A DNA stretch of 64,000 nt from an uncultured Candidatus Rokubacteria bacterium (GCA_963762145.1 CAVXJS010000014.1:96001-160000); one strand, 5' to 3'. Numbered from the stretch's first letter, positions 35,579-46,633 are shown. The notes: generated by a model not told the origin, from the letters alone. Numbers and translations: made by a program.

Positions 35579-36154
35579 GTGAAGGCTCGCGTCGCCATCG
35601 TCGCGCTCGTCGCGCTGTTCGTGACATCCGTGTTGCCCGGCCCGATCGGGCCCGTCGGCGCCCAGCAGCCGACCCCACCCGCACCCAAGGAAGCCCCCAA
35701 AGGAGGCAAGAAGGTGAAACAGACGGCCGTCATCACCATGGAGAAGGGCGGCGAGATCGCGCTCGAGTTCTTTCCCGAGGATGCCCCCAAGACGGTGGAG
35801 AACTTCGTGACCCTGGCCAAGAAGGGCTTCTACGACGGCGTGACGTTCCACCGCGTCGAGCCGAACTTCGTGGTCCAGGGGGGTGATCCCAAGGGCAACG
35901 GCACCGGGGGCCCCGGCTACACGATCAAGGACGAGTTCAACAAGCAGAAGCACGTCCGCGGCATGCTCGCGATGGCGCGCACCCAGGCCCCGAACTCGGC
36001 GGGCAGCCAGTTCTACATCACGCTGGCCCCGGCCCACTTCCTCGACGGCCAGTACACCGTCTTCGGGCGAGTGACCTCCGGCATGGAGCTGGTGGACAAG
36101 ATCAAGGTCGGCGACAAGATGAAGTCGGTGAAGATCATCGAGGTCGACCAGTAG
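35579..36154 (+). CDS. Exported cyclophilin-type peptidyl-prolyl isomerase
   Basis: APKTVENF, FHRVEPNFVVQGGD, SAGSQFYI, YTVFGRV; AAGGAGG SD. Confidence 0.93.
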   Translation: MKARVAIVALVALFVTSVLPGPIGPVGAQQPTPPAPKEAPKGGKKVKQTAVITMEKGGEIALEFFPEDAPKTVENFVTLAKKGFYDGVTFHRVEPNFVVQGGDPKGNGTGGPGYTIKDEFNKQKHVRGMLAMARTQAPNSAGSQFYITLAPAHFLDGQYTVFGRVTSGMELVDKIKVGDKMKSVKIIEVDQ

Positions 36155-36158
36155 CGTC

Positions 36159-37757
36159 ATGCCCTGGTCGCTCCTGATCCGGAACGGGACGGTGGTGGAC
36201 GGCAGCGGCGCGCCCGCGCGCGCCGCCGACGTCGCGGTGGAGGGCGATCGCATCGCGGCGGTCGGTCCGGGACTGACCGGCGAGGCGGAGCGGGTGATCG
36301 ACGCCAAGGGGCTGATGGTCACCCCCGGGTTCATCGACATCCACTCGCACTCGGACCTGGTCTACGACAAGTGCCCGTCGGCGGAGTCCAAGGTGCGCCA
36401 GGGCGTGACCACCGAGGTGGTCGGCATGTGCAGCTTCTCGCCCGCTCCGGTGGCCCCGGGGCGTGCGGATCTGGTGCAGGAGTGGGCGGGCGGCATTGGC
36501 GGCAAGATCCCGATCACCTGGAACAGCTTCGGCGAGTATCTCGATCACCTGCGGGCGCTCGGCCCCACCGTCAACATCGTGCAGTTCGTGGGCCACGGGG
36601 CCCTGCGGCTGGCCGCGGTCGGGGCCGCCGCGCGCGCGGTGACGCCGGAGGAGCAGCAGGGCATGGAGCGGCTGCTGGCGGAAGCGCTCGACGCGGGCGC
36701 CTTCGGCTTCTCCACCGGGCTGGTGTACGCGCCCAGCGTCTACGGCAACACCGACGAGCTGGTGAGCCTCGCGCGCAGCATGGCGAGCCGCGGCGGGCTC
36801 TACTTCTCGCACATCCGGGGCGAGGCGGCCACGCTCGAGCAGGCGGCCGAGGAAGCGATCAAGATCGGCGAGCAGGGCGGGGTGCCCGTGCAGATCGCCC
36901 ACGTGAAGGCCTCGGGCCGCGAGAACTGGGGCAAGATGGACCGCGTCCTGCGCATGATCGACTCCGCGCGTGCCCGCGGCGTGGACGTGACCGGCGACGT
37001 GTATCCGTACCCGGCGGGCAGCACCAAGATGGACAACCTGCTCCCCGCGTGGATGCACGACGGTGGCATCTCGAAGCTGCTCGAGCGGCTCGGCGATCCC
37101 AAGGCGCGGCAGCGCGCGATCGGGGACTGCCTGGTGGACGGCGAGCGCTGGCGCACCGGCTCGGGCGGCATGGGCTGGGACGAGATCATGATCGCCACGT
37201 GCTCCAAGCCCGAGCTGGCCGGTATCCACGTCGCGGAGCTGGCCCGGCGCACCGGCAAGGAGCCGGCCCAGGCGATGATGGACCTCGTCCTGGAGGAGCG
37301 TGCCGGTGTCTCGATGGTGGTGTTCTCGCAGAGCGAGGAGAACGTCGGCACCGCGCTGGGCTACGCGCACAACATGGTGGGCTCCGACTCGCTGTCGCTG
37401 CACGCCGGAACCGGCCCGCATCCCGGCAAGCCGCACCCGCGGAGCTACGGGACGTTCCCGCGGGTGCTCGGGGTCTACTGCCGCGAGAAGCGGCTCTTCT
37501 CGTGGGAGACCGCGGTGCACAAGATGACCGGCATGCCCGCGACCAAGCTCGGCCTGAAGGACCGTGGGCTCGTGCAGGGCGGCCGCGCCGCGGACCTGAC
37601 GCTCTTCGATCCGGCCACCGTGCGGGACGAGGCGACGTTCCCGGATCCGCACCGCCACCCGGTCGGCATCCCCTACGTCATCGTCAACGGGCGGGTGGTG
37701 GTGGACGGCGCCCGCTACCACGCGGTGCCGGCCGGCCGCGTGCTGACGCCTCAGTAG
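36159..37757 (+). CDS. N-acyl-D-amino-acid deacylase (amidohydrolase)
   Basis: PGFIDIHSHSD, STGLVYAP, DVYPY, HPRSYGTFPR. Confidence 0.92.
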   Translation: MPWSLLIRNGTVVDGSGAPARAADVAVEGDRIAAVGPGLTGEAERVIDAKGLMVTPGFIDIHSHSDLVYDKCPSAESKVRQGVTTEVVGMCSFSPAPVAPGRADLVQEWAGGIGGKIPITWNSFGEYLDHLRALGPTVNIVQFVGHGALRLAAVGAAARAVTPEEQQGMERLLAEALDAGAFGFSTGLVYAPSVYGNTDELVSLARSMASRGGLYFSHIRGEAATLEQAAEEAIKIGEQGGVPVQIAHVKASGRENWGKMDRVLRMIDSARARGVDVTGDVYPYPAGSTKMDNLLPAWMHDGGISKLLERLGDPKARQRAIGDCLVDGERWRTGSGGMGWDEIMIATCSKPELAGIHVAELARRTGKEPAQAMMDLVLEERAGVSMVVFSQSEENVGTALGYAHNMVGSDSLSLHAGTGPHPGKPHPRSYGTFPRVLGVYCREKRLFSWETAVHKMTGMPATKLGLKDRGLVQGGRAADLTLFDPATVRDEATFPDPHRHPVGIPYVIVNGRVVVDGARYHAVPAGRVLTPQ

Positions 37758-37784
37758 CTCACGCCGGAGCTGCCGCGTCGCGCC

Positions 37785-38717
37785 CTAGGCGGGCCAGCGG
37801 TTGTCGCGGAGGTACTCGATCGCGGCCAGCGCGGCGGTGGCTCCGTCGCCGGCCGAGGTGACGAGCTGCCGCGCGGACTCGGCGCGCACGTCGCCCGCGG
37901 CGAGGATGCCCGGGACGCGGGTGCGCATGCGCAGGTCGGTCACGATCTGCCCGCGCGCGTCGAGCGGCACGAGCCCGCCCAGGAACTCGGTGTTGGGCGT
38001 GAGCCCCGCGTAGATGAACACCCCGCTGACGGGCACCGCGTCGGTCTTGCCGGTGGTCAGGTCCTCGACCTGCACGCGCTCGACGCCGTCGGCGCCCTCG
38101 ATCGCGCGCAGCGCGGCGTTCCAGCGGAAGGAGATCTTGCGCTCGCCGCGGCTCCGCTCCTGGAGGCTCGCGCAGGCGCGCAGGGTGTCGCGGCGGTGCA
38201 GCAGCGTCACCGAGGAGGCGTACTGGGTGAGATGGATCGCCTCGTCCACCGCCGCGTCGCCGCCCCCCACCACGATCACCGGCTTCTCCATGAAGAAGGA
38301 GCCGTCGCACGAGGCGCAGTGCGAGAGGCCGCGCCCGAGGAACTCCGCCTCGCCGGGCACGCCGAGCGTGGTGAAGCGCGAGCCGCTCGCGACGATCAGG
38401 GTGCTGGTGGTGTGGCTGCCACCGTCCGTGTCGATTCGCAGGAGGTCACCATCGCGGTGGACCGCGGTGACCTCGTTCATCGCGATCTCGAGGCCCGCCG
38501 CGGTGGCCTGCTCCTGGAGCAGCGGGCCCAGGGTGTAGCCGGCCACGCCCTGGGGGAAGCCGGGGAAGTTGGTGATGTGCTCGCAGTTGAGCACCTGGCC
38601 GCCGGAGGAGAACTTTTCGAGCAGCAGCGCGCGGCAGCGATCGCGGGCGGCGAAGATGCCGGCGGTGTAGCCGGCGGCCCCGCCGCCCACGATCAGGACG
38701 TCGAGGACGTCCGCCAT
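37785..38717 (-). CDS. trxB: Thioredoxin reductase
   Basis: GGGAAG, HCASCDG, VVGGGDAAVDEA, AAGDV. Confidence 0.88.
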   Translation of the reverse strand: MADVLDVLIVGGGAAGYTAGIFAARDRCRALLLEKFSSGGQVLNCEHITNFPGFPQGVAGYTLGPLLQEQATAAGLEIAMNEVTAVHRDGDLLRIDTDGGSHTTSTLIVASGSRFTTLGVPGEAEFLGRGLSHCASCDGSFFMEKPVIVVGGGDAAVDEAIHLTQYASSVTLLHRRDTLRACASLQERSRGERKISFRWNAALRAIEGADGVERVQVEDLTTGKTDAVPVSGVFIYAGLTPNTEFLGGLVPLDARGQIVTDLRMRTRVPGILAAGDVRAESARQLVTSAGDGATAALAAIEYLRDNRWPA

Positions 38718-38733
38718 GCGCTGCGTGTGCGGC

Positions 38734-39237
38734 CTACAGCTGCTTCAGCATCGAGTCGGCGTCGCTCACCTCGAACTTGCCGGGCGCCTCGACGTTCAGC
38801 GACTTCACCACGCCGTTGTCCAGCAGCATCGAGTAGCGCTGCGAGCGCACGCCCATCCCGCGGGCGGTGAGGTCCATCTCGAGGCCCATCGCCTTCGTGA
38901 GCGCGGCGCTGCCGTCGGCCATCATCCGGACCTTGCCGGTGCTCTTCTGATCCTTGGCCCACGCGCCCATCACGAAGGCGTCGTTGACCGACACGCACCA
39001 CACCTCGTCGACGCCCTTGCCCTTGAGCTTGTCGATGTTGGCCACGTAGCTCGGCACGTGCTTGGCCGAGCAGGTGGGGGTGAAGGCGCCCGGCAGGCCG
39101 AAGACCACGATCTTCTTGCCCTTGGTCAGGTCCGCGACCTGAAACGCGTTCGGGCCCACGGTGCAGCCCGGGGTCTCCTGCTCGATGAACTCCGTCAGCG
39201 TGCCGTCCGGCACGCGGTCACCAACTTTGATCGCCAT
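38734..39237 (-). CDS. Peroxiredoxin (Prx5 type)
   Basis: PGAFTPTCSAKHVP, SVNDAFVM, RSQRYSM. Confidence 0.93.
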   Translation of the reverse strand: MAIKVGDRVPDGTLTEFIEQETPGCTVGPNAFQVADLTKGKKIVVFGLPGAFTPTCSAKHVPSYVANIDKLKGKGVDEVWCVSVNDAFVMGAWAKDQKSTGKVRMMADGSAALTKAMGLEMDLTARGMGVRSQRYSMLLDNGVVKSLNVEAPGKFEVSDADSMLKQL

Positions 39238-39461
39238 CGGTGTCTCCTCCTAGAGGGTGGTTAGTGCGCGGCGGCCCACTCGCGCGTTTCAGCAGGCGGC
39301 GGCTAGGGTACCATAGCCAACCCCTGGGTGTGAGCCGGCCGGGGCGATCAGGCGCTCGCTCCTTCGCCGGGCGCCGCCCGGCCGAGCCGGCGCCTCATGT
39401 AAGCCCCCGTTTCCGCTGAGGATGAGCCTGCCTCCGGCGCGGAATCTGGTATATATGCTCC

Positions 39462-39941
39462 ATGAGACATAGTGTGGGGCCCGAGGCCCCGGCCGGGCTC
39501 GCCGAACTCCGACGCGACCCCCGGCAGGCGGTACGCGAAGAGGAGATCGTCTGCCTGGTGTGCGGTCGGTCCTTCCGCCAGCTCACGAACACGCACCTGC
39601 TCTCGCACGGGTTGACCTCGGCCGACTACAAGCAGGAGCACGGCTACAATCCCGGCCGCGCGATGATGTGCCACGCCCTGCGCCGCGTGTACGCGGCGCG
39701 CGCGGTCCGCATCGGGTTCGCAGAGCGGATCCGGGAGCGCCCGATCGTGGCGCGGCCCGATCTGCGCCAACGCGGTGGCGCCCGCCGGGTCAGGCTCGAG
39801 GAGCTGCTGACCCGGCGGGAGATTCAGCGGAGCCCACGCGCGATGGGATCGCCGCGACGGGTCCGGACGCTTCGCCTCCGGAGTCCCCGTCGACGTTTGA
39901 GCGAGAGGCCGGCCGCGACTGGCCGACGCTCGCGCGCTTGA
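39462..39941 (+). CDS. ROS/MucR-type zinc-finger regulator (3' end may be frameshifted)
   Basis: IVCLVCGRSFRQLTNTHLLSHGLTSADYK. Confidence 0.8.
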   Translation: MRHSVGPEAPAGLAELRRDPRQAVREEEIVCLVCGRSFRQLTNTHLLSHGLTSADYKQEHGYNPGRAMMCHALRRVYAARAVRIGFAERIRERPIVARPDLRQRGGARRVRLEELLTRREIQRSPRAMGSPRRVRTLRLRSPRRRLSERPAATGRRSRA

Positions 39942-39956
39942 GTAAGATGCGCCCTG

Positions 39957-40289
39957 ATGAAGCCCAAGCTCCGGGTGTGGGTCACGTTCGGCGAGGACCT
40001 CAAGTTCGGGGACGGGCGCGCGCGCCTGCTCGCGCTCATCGACGAGCGCGGCTCCCTCAAGAAGGCGGCCCAGGAGCTCGAGATGTCCTACCGCAACGCG
40101 TGGGGCTACCTGCGCGATCTCGAGGAGGCGGCCGGCTTCAAGTTCGTCGAGCGGGTGCCGGGGGGTGGGCCCGAGAGCGGCATGCGGCTCACCAAGGCCG
40201 GCAAGCGCTTCCTGGAGCGCTACCAGAAGTTCCGGAGCGGCCTCGACGAGGCGGCCCGGCGGCAGTTCGACCGCGTCTTCGGCGCGTGA
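39957..40289 (+). CDS. ModE N-terminal-type winged-HTH regulator
   Basis: FGDGRARLL, GSLKKAAQELEMSYRNAW, GGG...LT. Confidence 0.9.
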   Translation: MKPKLRVWVTFGEDLKFGDGRARLLALIDERGSLKKAAQELEMSYRNAWGYLRDLEEAAGFKFVERVPGGGPESGMRLTKAGKRFLERYQKFRSGLDEAARRQFDRVFGA

Positions 40290-40627
40290 GCCCCGAGGCG
40301 AAGTATCTCTACCTGACCACGATCGGCCGGCGCAGCGGGCTTCCCCGACAGATCGAGATCTGGTTCACGCGCCGCGGAGGCCGCTACTACCTGGTGGCCG
40401 AGCATGGGCTGAAGGCGCACTGGGTGCAGAACCTCCTCGCGGAGCCCGCGGTGCGCGCGCGCGTCGGTCGCCGCTCGTTCGGCGGGCGAGCCCGGGTGGT
40501 GGATGCGCGGTCGGAGCGCGATCTGGTCGCCGCGGTCCGGGAGCGGTCGGAGGGCAAGTACGGCTGGGGCGCCGGCCTCGTCGTGGAGATCGCGCCGGCG
40601 GCGTCCCGGCGAGGCTCGTCGCGCTAG
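40286..40627 (+). CDS. Deazaflavin-dependent nitroreductase-like (Ddn-type) protein
   Basis: YLTTIGRRSGLPRQIEIWF, WVQNL. Confidence 0.8.
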   Translation: MSPEAKYLYLTTIGRRSGLPRQIEIWFTRRGGRYYLVAEHGLKAHWVQNLLAEPAVRARVGRRSFGGRARVVDARSERDLVAAVRERSEGKYGWGAGLVVEIAPAASRRGSSR

Positions 40628-42857
40628 CGCGTCGTCACGACCCGGATCAGCGCGCCGTCGGGCCGGGCCGGCGCGACCTCGCCGATGATCGCGGCAGCCT
40701 CGTCGCCCGCCGCGCGCAGCGCGCTCAGCATCGCCGAACTCCGCTCTCGCGGCACCGCGAGCAGCAGCCCTCCCGAGGTCTGGGGATCGAAGAGCAGGTC
40801 GAGCACCGCCCGGCGCGCCGCGTCCGGCTCCACGAGCATGGCCCGTCGCGCGCGAGCGTTCTCCGGATGCGCGGTGCTGCGGATGCCGCGGCCCAGCAGT
40901 GCCACCGCGCCGGGTAGCGCGGGAATCGCGGTGAGGTCGAGCAGCGCCGAGGCCTTGCTCGCGCGCAGCATCTCGCCCAGGTGCCCCGCCAGGCCGAAGC
41001 CGGTGACGTCGGTGGCGGCCGAGGGCCGCAACGGGATCATCGCGCGGGCGGCCGCCCCGTTGGAGCGAAGCATCGAGGCTGCGGTCGCCTCCACCCACTC
41101 GCCGCGCGCGAGCGCCCGCATGTCGGCCTGCAGGATCACACCGGTGCCGAGCGGCTTGGTCAGGATGAGCTGGTCCCCGGGCGCCGCGCCGCCGATGCGG
41201 ATCAGCGCATCGGCCGACGCCGCGAAGCCCCAGACCGCGAAGCCCACCACCAGCTCCGGCCCCGTGGTGGTGTGGCCGCCCACGAGCGTGACGCCGTCGG
41301 CATCCAGCGCGACCCGGGCTCCCGCCATCACCTGGTAGAGCGTCTCCTCCGCGCGCGCCGGCTCCGTTTCGGGCACACTCACCTGGGCCAGCGCGAAGCG
41401 TGGCGTCACCCCCTTGGCCCAGAGATCGCTGACCGCGTTGACCGCGGCGACGCGTCCGACCAGGTAGGGATCGTCCGCGAAGGCGCGGAACGAGTCGACG
41501 GTGGCCGCGACGATCTCGCCGCGCTCGGTCTCCACCGCGGCGGCATCGTCGGGCTGGGCCAGGCCCAGGACGACCGCGGGATGGCTCGGCACGCCGAGGC
41601 GCTCGAGCGCGCGGGTGAGGGAGGATTCACCCACCTTGGCCGCGCAGCCCCCGCAGAGCATGTCGCCGCCGGGCATCGTCGCCGCCGCGAAGTCCGGCGT
41701 GATCGCGCCGTCCCGATCGAGCACCTGGAAGCGGCGCACGAAGCGGCGGTCGATCCAGTCCTTCAACGAGAAGAGGACGCTCCCTTGGACCGACACGCCC
41801 CACTTGGTGCCGATGGCGCCGCCGTCGCCCAGGTTCAGCAGCGAGAGGAAGTCCCGCTGCGGGCGGTACGGGCGAAGGCGCGCGCCGCCGATCCTCGCCG
41901 TCAGGTTGTGCGCGAGCACCGGACCCTGGCGGACCGCGTAGACGCCGGCCTTGGCGAGGCCGGGGCCCGCTATCCACGCCGCGCAGTCGCCCACCGCGAA
42001 GACCTCGTCGTGCCCCACGCACTGCAGCGTCGGACGGATGCGCACGAAGCCGCCCTCGTCGGTCTCGAGCCCGGAGCCCTGGAAGATCGGCAGCGCGGCG
42101 GCGCCCGCCACCCAGACCACCGCGTCGGCGGGGAGCCGATCGCCGCCTTCCAGATGCACCGATCCGGTCTCGACCCGCGTCACGCGGGCGCCGGTGCGGA
42201 TCACGATCCCGCGTGCTCCGGCCGCGGCCTCGACGCGGGCGGCCGCGCTCGCCGCGTAGCCCGGCAGGACGCGGGGGCCGGACTCGAGCAGGAGCACCTT
42301 GACGCGCCCGCCGCGCCGCGGCCCCAGCCGGGCCGCGAGGGCGAAGGCCACCTCGACACCGCCCGCGCCCGCGCCGGCCACGACGAGGCGCGCGGCGTTG
42401 CGGGCCCGCGCGGCGGCCAGGAGCTCGTCCACGCGGCGGACGAACTCGCCGATCGGCCGCGTCGGGATCGCGTGCTCGCGAACGCCGGGCAGCTCGAGCC
42501 CGGCCACCGTCGAGCCCACGTCGAAGGACACGGTGTCGTACGCGATCGGCGGCCGGCCGTCCAGGACCAGGCGCCGCGCCCGGGTGTCGAGACCGGTGGC
42601 CGCCGTGATGATGCAGCGCGCTCCCGCACGCAGGGCGAGCGGACGCACGTCGATCTCGAGGTCGTCCCGCGAATACTGGCCGGCCACGAAGCCCGGCACC
42701 ATGCCGGAGTAGACGGCAACCGGCCGATCCACCACGAGGGTGAGGCGCGCACCGGGGACGGGCGTCATGGCCCAGCGCTTGAGCACCTGGATGTGGGCGT
42801 GGCCGCCGCCCACCAGGACCAGGTCGTGCCGGAAGGAGCCGCGGACGGCGAGCGCAT
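40624..42857 (-). CDS. selD: FAD/NAD-oxidoreductase-SelD fusion (selenide, water dikinase); probable indel near 42833
   Basis: N-terminal LVGGGHAH, YSGMVPG, AKAGVYAVRQG; C-terminal CGGCAAKV, DDAA, GGHT, DVTGFGLAGH, DPQTSGGLL. Confidence 0.92.
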
Positions 42858-42876
42858 GCCCGTCCGCGGCGGAGGA

Positions 42877-45187
42877 CTAGTGCTTGCCGTTGACCAGGGC
42901 CAGCGCGATGCGCTCCGGGCTCATCGGCAGCTCGGTCAGGCGCGCCCCGGTCGCATTGTGGATGGCGTTCGCGATCGCGGCGGGTGCCGGGATGATGGGC
43001 GGCTCGCCCACGCCACGGGCGCCGAAGGGCCCGGCCGGCGCGGGGACCTCGACGATGATGGTCTCGAGATTGGGCAGGTCCGCCGCGGTCAGCTTGCGAT
43101 AGTCGAGCAGGCTGGGATTCGTGAGCCGCCCGCTGTCGTCGAACATGAGCCCTTCCGTCAGCGCGATGCCGATGGACTGCACGGCCCCGCCCTGCATCTG
43201 GCCCGCGACGCCCATCGGGTTGATGGCCTTGCCCACGTCCTGCACCACCACGAAGTCGAGCAGCGTCACCTCGCCGGTGTCCGGATCGAGCTCGAGCCGC
43301 GCGAGCTGGGCCGCGAAGCCGGGGGCCTGCTGGCTGAACGCGGGGTTGGCCTTGCCGAGCACCGGCGGCGTCTTCGACATGTAGAGGTTGCCCTTCTTGC
43401 CGATGGAGGCCAGCGTGATGCCCTTGTTCGGCGCGCCGCGCACCGTGACCTTGCCGTCCACCAGCTCGAGATCGTGGACCGAGGCCTCGAGCTCCGCCGC
43501 CGCGATCTCGAACGTCTGCCGCCGCGCATCCTCAGCCGCCTGCAAGCACCGCCGCCCCGACGGTATAGATGGTCTTGCTGCCCGCGCTGAGCCCGGTCAT
43601 CGGCGCCACGTCGGTGTCGCCGGTGGTGATGCGCACCAGATCGGTGTCCACGCCGTAGGCGGACGCGGCGATCTGGGCCAGCGAGATGTTGGTGCCCGCG
43701 ATGTCCACCTGGCCGGTGAGCACCGCGAGCGTGCCGTCGGGATTCAACCGGACCGTCGCGCCGGTGGGCTGGAGCCCGCCGAGCCAGCCGCCCAGCGCCA
43801 GGCCCACGCCGCGGCGCTTGCCGTTCTTGCCCTCGGTGATCCACTGCTTGCGGCTCTTCCAGTGCGGGTGCTCGGCGATGCGCGCGAGCACCTGCTTGGC
43901 CCCGTTGTTCTGCCAGGGCTGGCCGTTCACCATCGGATCGCCTTCCTGGATCAGGTGGCGCATCCGGAACTCGACGGAGTCGAGCTCGAGATCGCGGGCG
44001 ATCTGCTCCATGTGCGATTCGATCGCGAAGATGGTCTGCGGGGCCACCGGCGCGCGGTAGGCCGCCACGCTCGGCTTGTGGGTCAGCACCTCGAAGCCGC
44101 GGATGTCGAACGACGGCCACTTGTACATGCTGCCGAGGAAGACCGCGCTCACCGCGAGCACCGCGCCGGAGTAGGCGCCGGAGTCGATGACGGTCTCCGC
44201 GTCGAGGGCCATCAGCGTGCCGTCGCGCTTGACGCCGGTCTTGAGCTTGATGATGACCTGCGGCGCGGGCATGCCCGCCTGCAGCTCTTCCCGGCGCGTC
44301 ATGACGTAGCGCACCGGGCGCTTGGTGACCTGCGCCAGCACCGCGGTGATCGGCTCGCAGAGCGCGCGGATCTTGCCGCCGAAGCCGCCGCCGCACTCCA
44401 CCGGGATGACCCGGATCGAGTTCTCGGGGATGCCGAGCACGTCGGCCACCTCGGAGCGCGTGTTGAACGAGCCCTGGGTGCTGGCCCAGAGCGTGAGCAG
44501 CCCGTTGCGGTCCCACTCGGCCAGGACCGCGTGCGGCTCGAGGTAGCCCTGGTGCACCATCGGCACGCGATAGGTCTTCTCGAGGACGTGATCGGACTCG
44601 GCGAAGCCCTTGGCCGGATCGCCGCGCTGCAGCCGCGCCTGCTGCGAGATGTTGACCGCCTTCGCCGGCGTGTCGCTCTTGGCGATGGCCACCGCGGAGT
44701 GGGCGAGCGCCTCGCTGGTGTCGGCCTCGGTGCCCGCGTCGGCGACCGGCGGCGCGCCGGGCAGCATGGCCTTGAGCGGATCGATCGAGGCGGCCAGCAC
44801 CTGGTACTCGACCTTGATGAGGTCGAGGGCCTCCTCGGCGATGGACGGCTCGTCGGCGGCCACCGCGGCCACCGGCTGGCCCATGAACACCACGCGGTCG
44901 ATGGCCAGCACGGCGTGGGCGCGCGTCGGCGCCTTCTTCTTCAGGTGCGGGATGTCCTTGGCGGTGATGACCGCGCGCACGCCGGGCAGCGCCTTCGCCG
45001 CGCTGGTGTCGATCGAGACGATCTTGGCGTGGGCGTGCGGGCTGCGCAGCAGCTTGGCGTGCAGCAGGCCCTTGGGCTGGATGTCGGCCACGTACTGCAC
45101 GCGGCCGGTGACCTTCTCGGGCCCGTCCGGCCGCGGAATCGAGATGCCCACTCCCTTGACGTCGCGCGTGGTCTTCATCGTGCTCAT
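42877..45187 (-). CDS. Xanthine dehydrogenase/CoxL-family Mo-binding large subunit, frameshifted near 43545
   Basis: LRSPHAHA, GGGFGGK, AYRAP, GQMQGG, ARGVGEPP. Confidence 0.9.
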
Positions 45188-45677
45188 CGAGCGCTCCCTC
45201 TGCGAGGCGAGGGTCTTGGCCGCCTCGCTGATCGCGGCCACCATGGCGGTGTAGCCGGTGCAGCGGCAGAGATTGCCGGCGATGCCGTAGCGAATCTGCT
45301 CCTCGGAGGGCCGCGGGTTCTCCTCGAGCAGCGCGGTCGCGGCCATGAGCACGCCCGGGAATGCAGAAGCCGCACTGGGGCACGCCGTGCCGCACGAACG
45401 CTTCCTGCAGCGGGTGCAGGGTCGTATCCGCGGCCGCGAGGCCCTCGATGGTGCGGACCTTCCGGCCGCGGGCCTGCATGGCCAGCATCAGGCAGCTCGC
45501 GACGACCTTGCCGTCCACGTGGACGGTGCAGGCGCCGCAGTCGCCGGTGCCGCAGCCTTCCTTGGGGCCGGTGAGGCCCAGGTTCTCGCGCAGGGCATCG
45601 AGGAGGTTGACGTAGGGCTGGACGAGCACCTCGACGGCCTCGCCGTTCACGGTGCAGCTCAGGAGCTGTTTGGCCAC
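45184..45677 (-). CDS. [2Fe-2S] small subunit of the Mo-hydroxylase, frameshifted near 45355 (3' end uncertain)
   Basis: GCGTGDCGAC, QCGFC, GNLCRCTGY. Confidence 0.88.
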
Positions 45678-45694
45678 GGTGATGTGCCTCCGGA

Positions 45695-46557
45695 TCAGGC
45701 GTTCGCGCGCTGGAGCGCGGCGGTGAGCGTGCGGCGGGTGAGGACGCGGACCAGGTGCTTGCGGAACTCGATCGAGCCGCGCTGATCGTCGATGGGCTTG
45801 GCCGCCTCGATCGCCAGGGTGGCCGCGCGCTCGATGGCCTCGGGCGTCACCGCCTGGCCCTCGAGCGCCCGCTCCGCCGCGGTCGCGCGGACCGGCGTGG
45901 GCGCCACCGAGGCCAGCGCGATGCGCGCCTTGGTGCAGCGGCCGCCGGCCATCGTGAGCTGGGACGCCACCCCGACCACCGCGATGTCGAGCTCGCGCCG
46001 CGGCGTGTGCCGGAGGTACTGGCCGCCGCTGTGCGCGCCCGGCGGCGGCACGATCAGCTCGACCAGCAGCTCGTTCGGCGCGACGCACCGTCTTGCGCAC
46101 CCCGGTGAAGAAATCGGCCATCGGCACCCGCCGCTCGCCGCCGGGGCCCGCGATGACCGCGAGGGCCTCCAGCGCCACCAGCGGCGGCGCCATGTCGGCC
46201 GAGGGCGCCGCGTTGCAGAGGTTGCCGCCCACCGTGGCCAGGTTGCGCACCTGCAGCGAGCCGACCATGGCCGCGCTCTCCGCGATCGCCGCGATACGGC
46301 CCGCCCAGCGCCGGGCTCAGCTCGAGCTCGCGCGCGGTGACCGCGGCGCCGATGCGCAGGCCGTTGCCGTTCTGGACCTGCCGAACCCGGGCGATGCCGG
46401 AAAGGTCCACCACCACGGCGGGATGCAGGACCCCGTTCTTCATCTGGGGCAGGAGGTCGGTGCCTCCCGCGACCAGCTTGGCCTGCGCTCCTCGCTCGGC
46501 GAGGATCTTCAGGCAGTCTTCGAGGCTGTTCGGCAGAACGAGATCGAATCGTCGCAT
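45695..46557 (-). CDS. FAD-binding medium subunit of the Mo-hydroxylase, frameshifts near 46295 and 46085
   Basis: AGGTDL, QVRNLATVGGNLCNAAPSAD and VAPTP...PIDDQRGS lie in three different frames. Confidence 0.88.
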
Positions 46558-46633
46558 CGATGTCTCCTGGGGGTTGGGCGCGCGCTGGCCATGATACACC
46601 GAGTCGCGATGAGCCGGAGGCGAGTCTACCACG

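Noticed and set aside
39830-39941. Arg-rich C-terminus of the MucR-like protein as a special domain
   Set aside because: An alternative frame (RWDRRDGSGRF...stop at 39900) looks equally plausible, so it may be another indel; cannot be resolved from sequence alone
43532-43545. TGA in the hydroxylase large subunit next to selD as possible selenocysteine
   Set aside because: Homology continues in a different frame (VLQAAEDARRQ), so it is an indel rather than UGA readthrough; SelD itself has Cys
43266-46268. 1000-aa ORF that looks like an FAD-FeS fusion
   Set aside because: Chimera produced by frameshifts; it passes through fragments of two subunits and then low-complexity off-frame sequence
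42877-46557. Annotation as aerobic CO dehydrogenase coxMSL
   Set aside because: Loop is AYRAP, not AYRCSFR or AYRGAGR, and no cox accessory genes are adjacent
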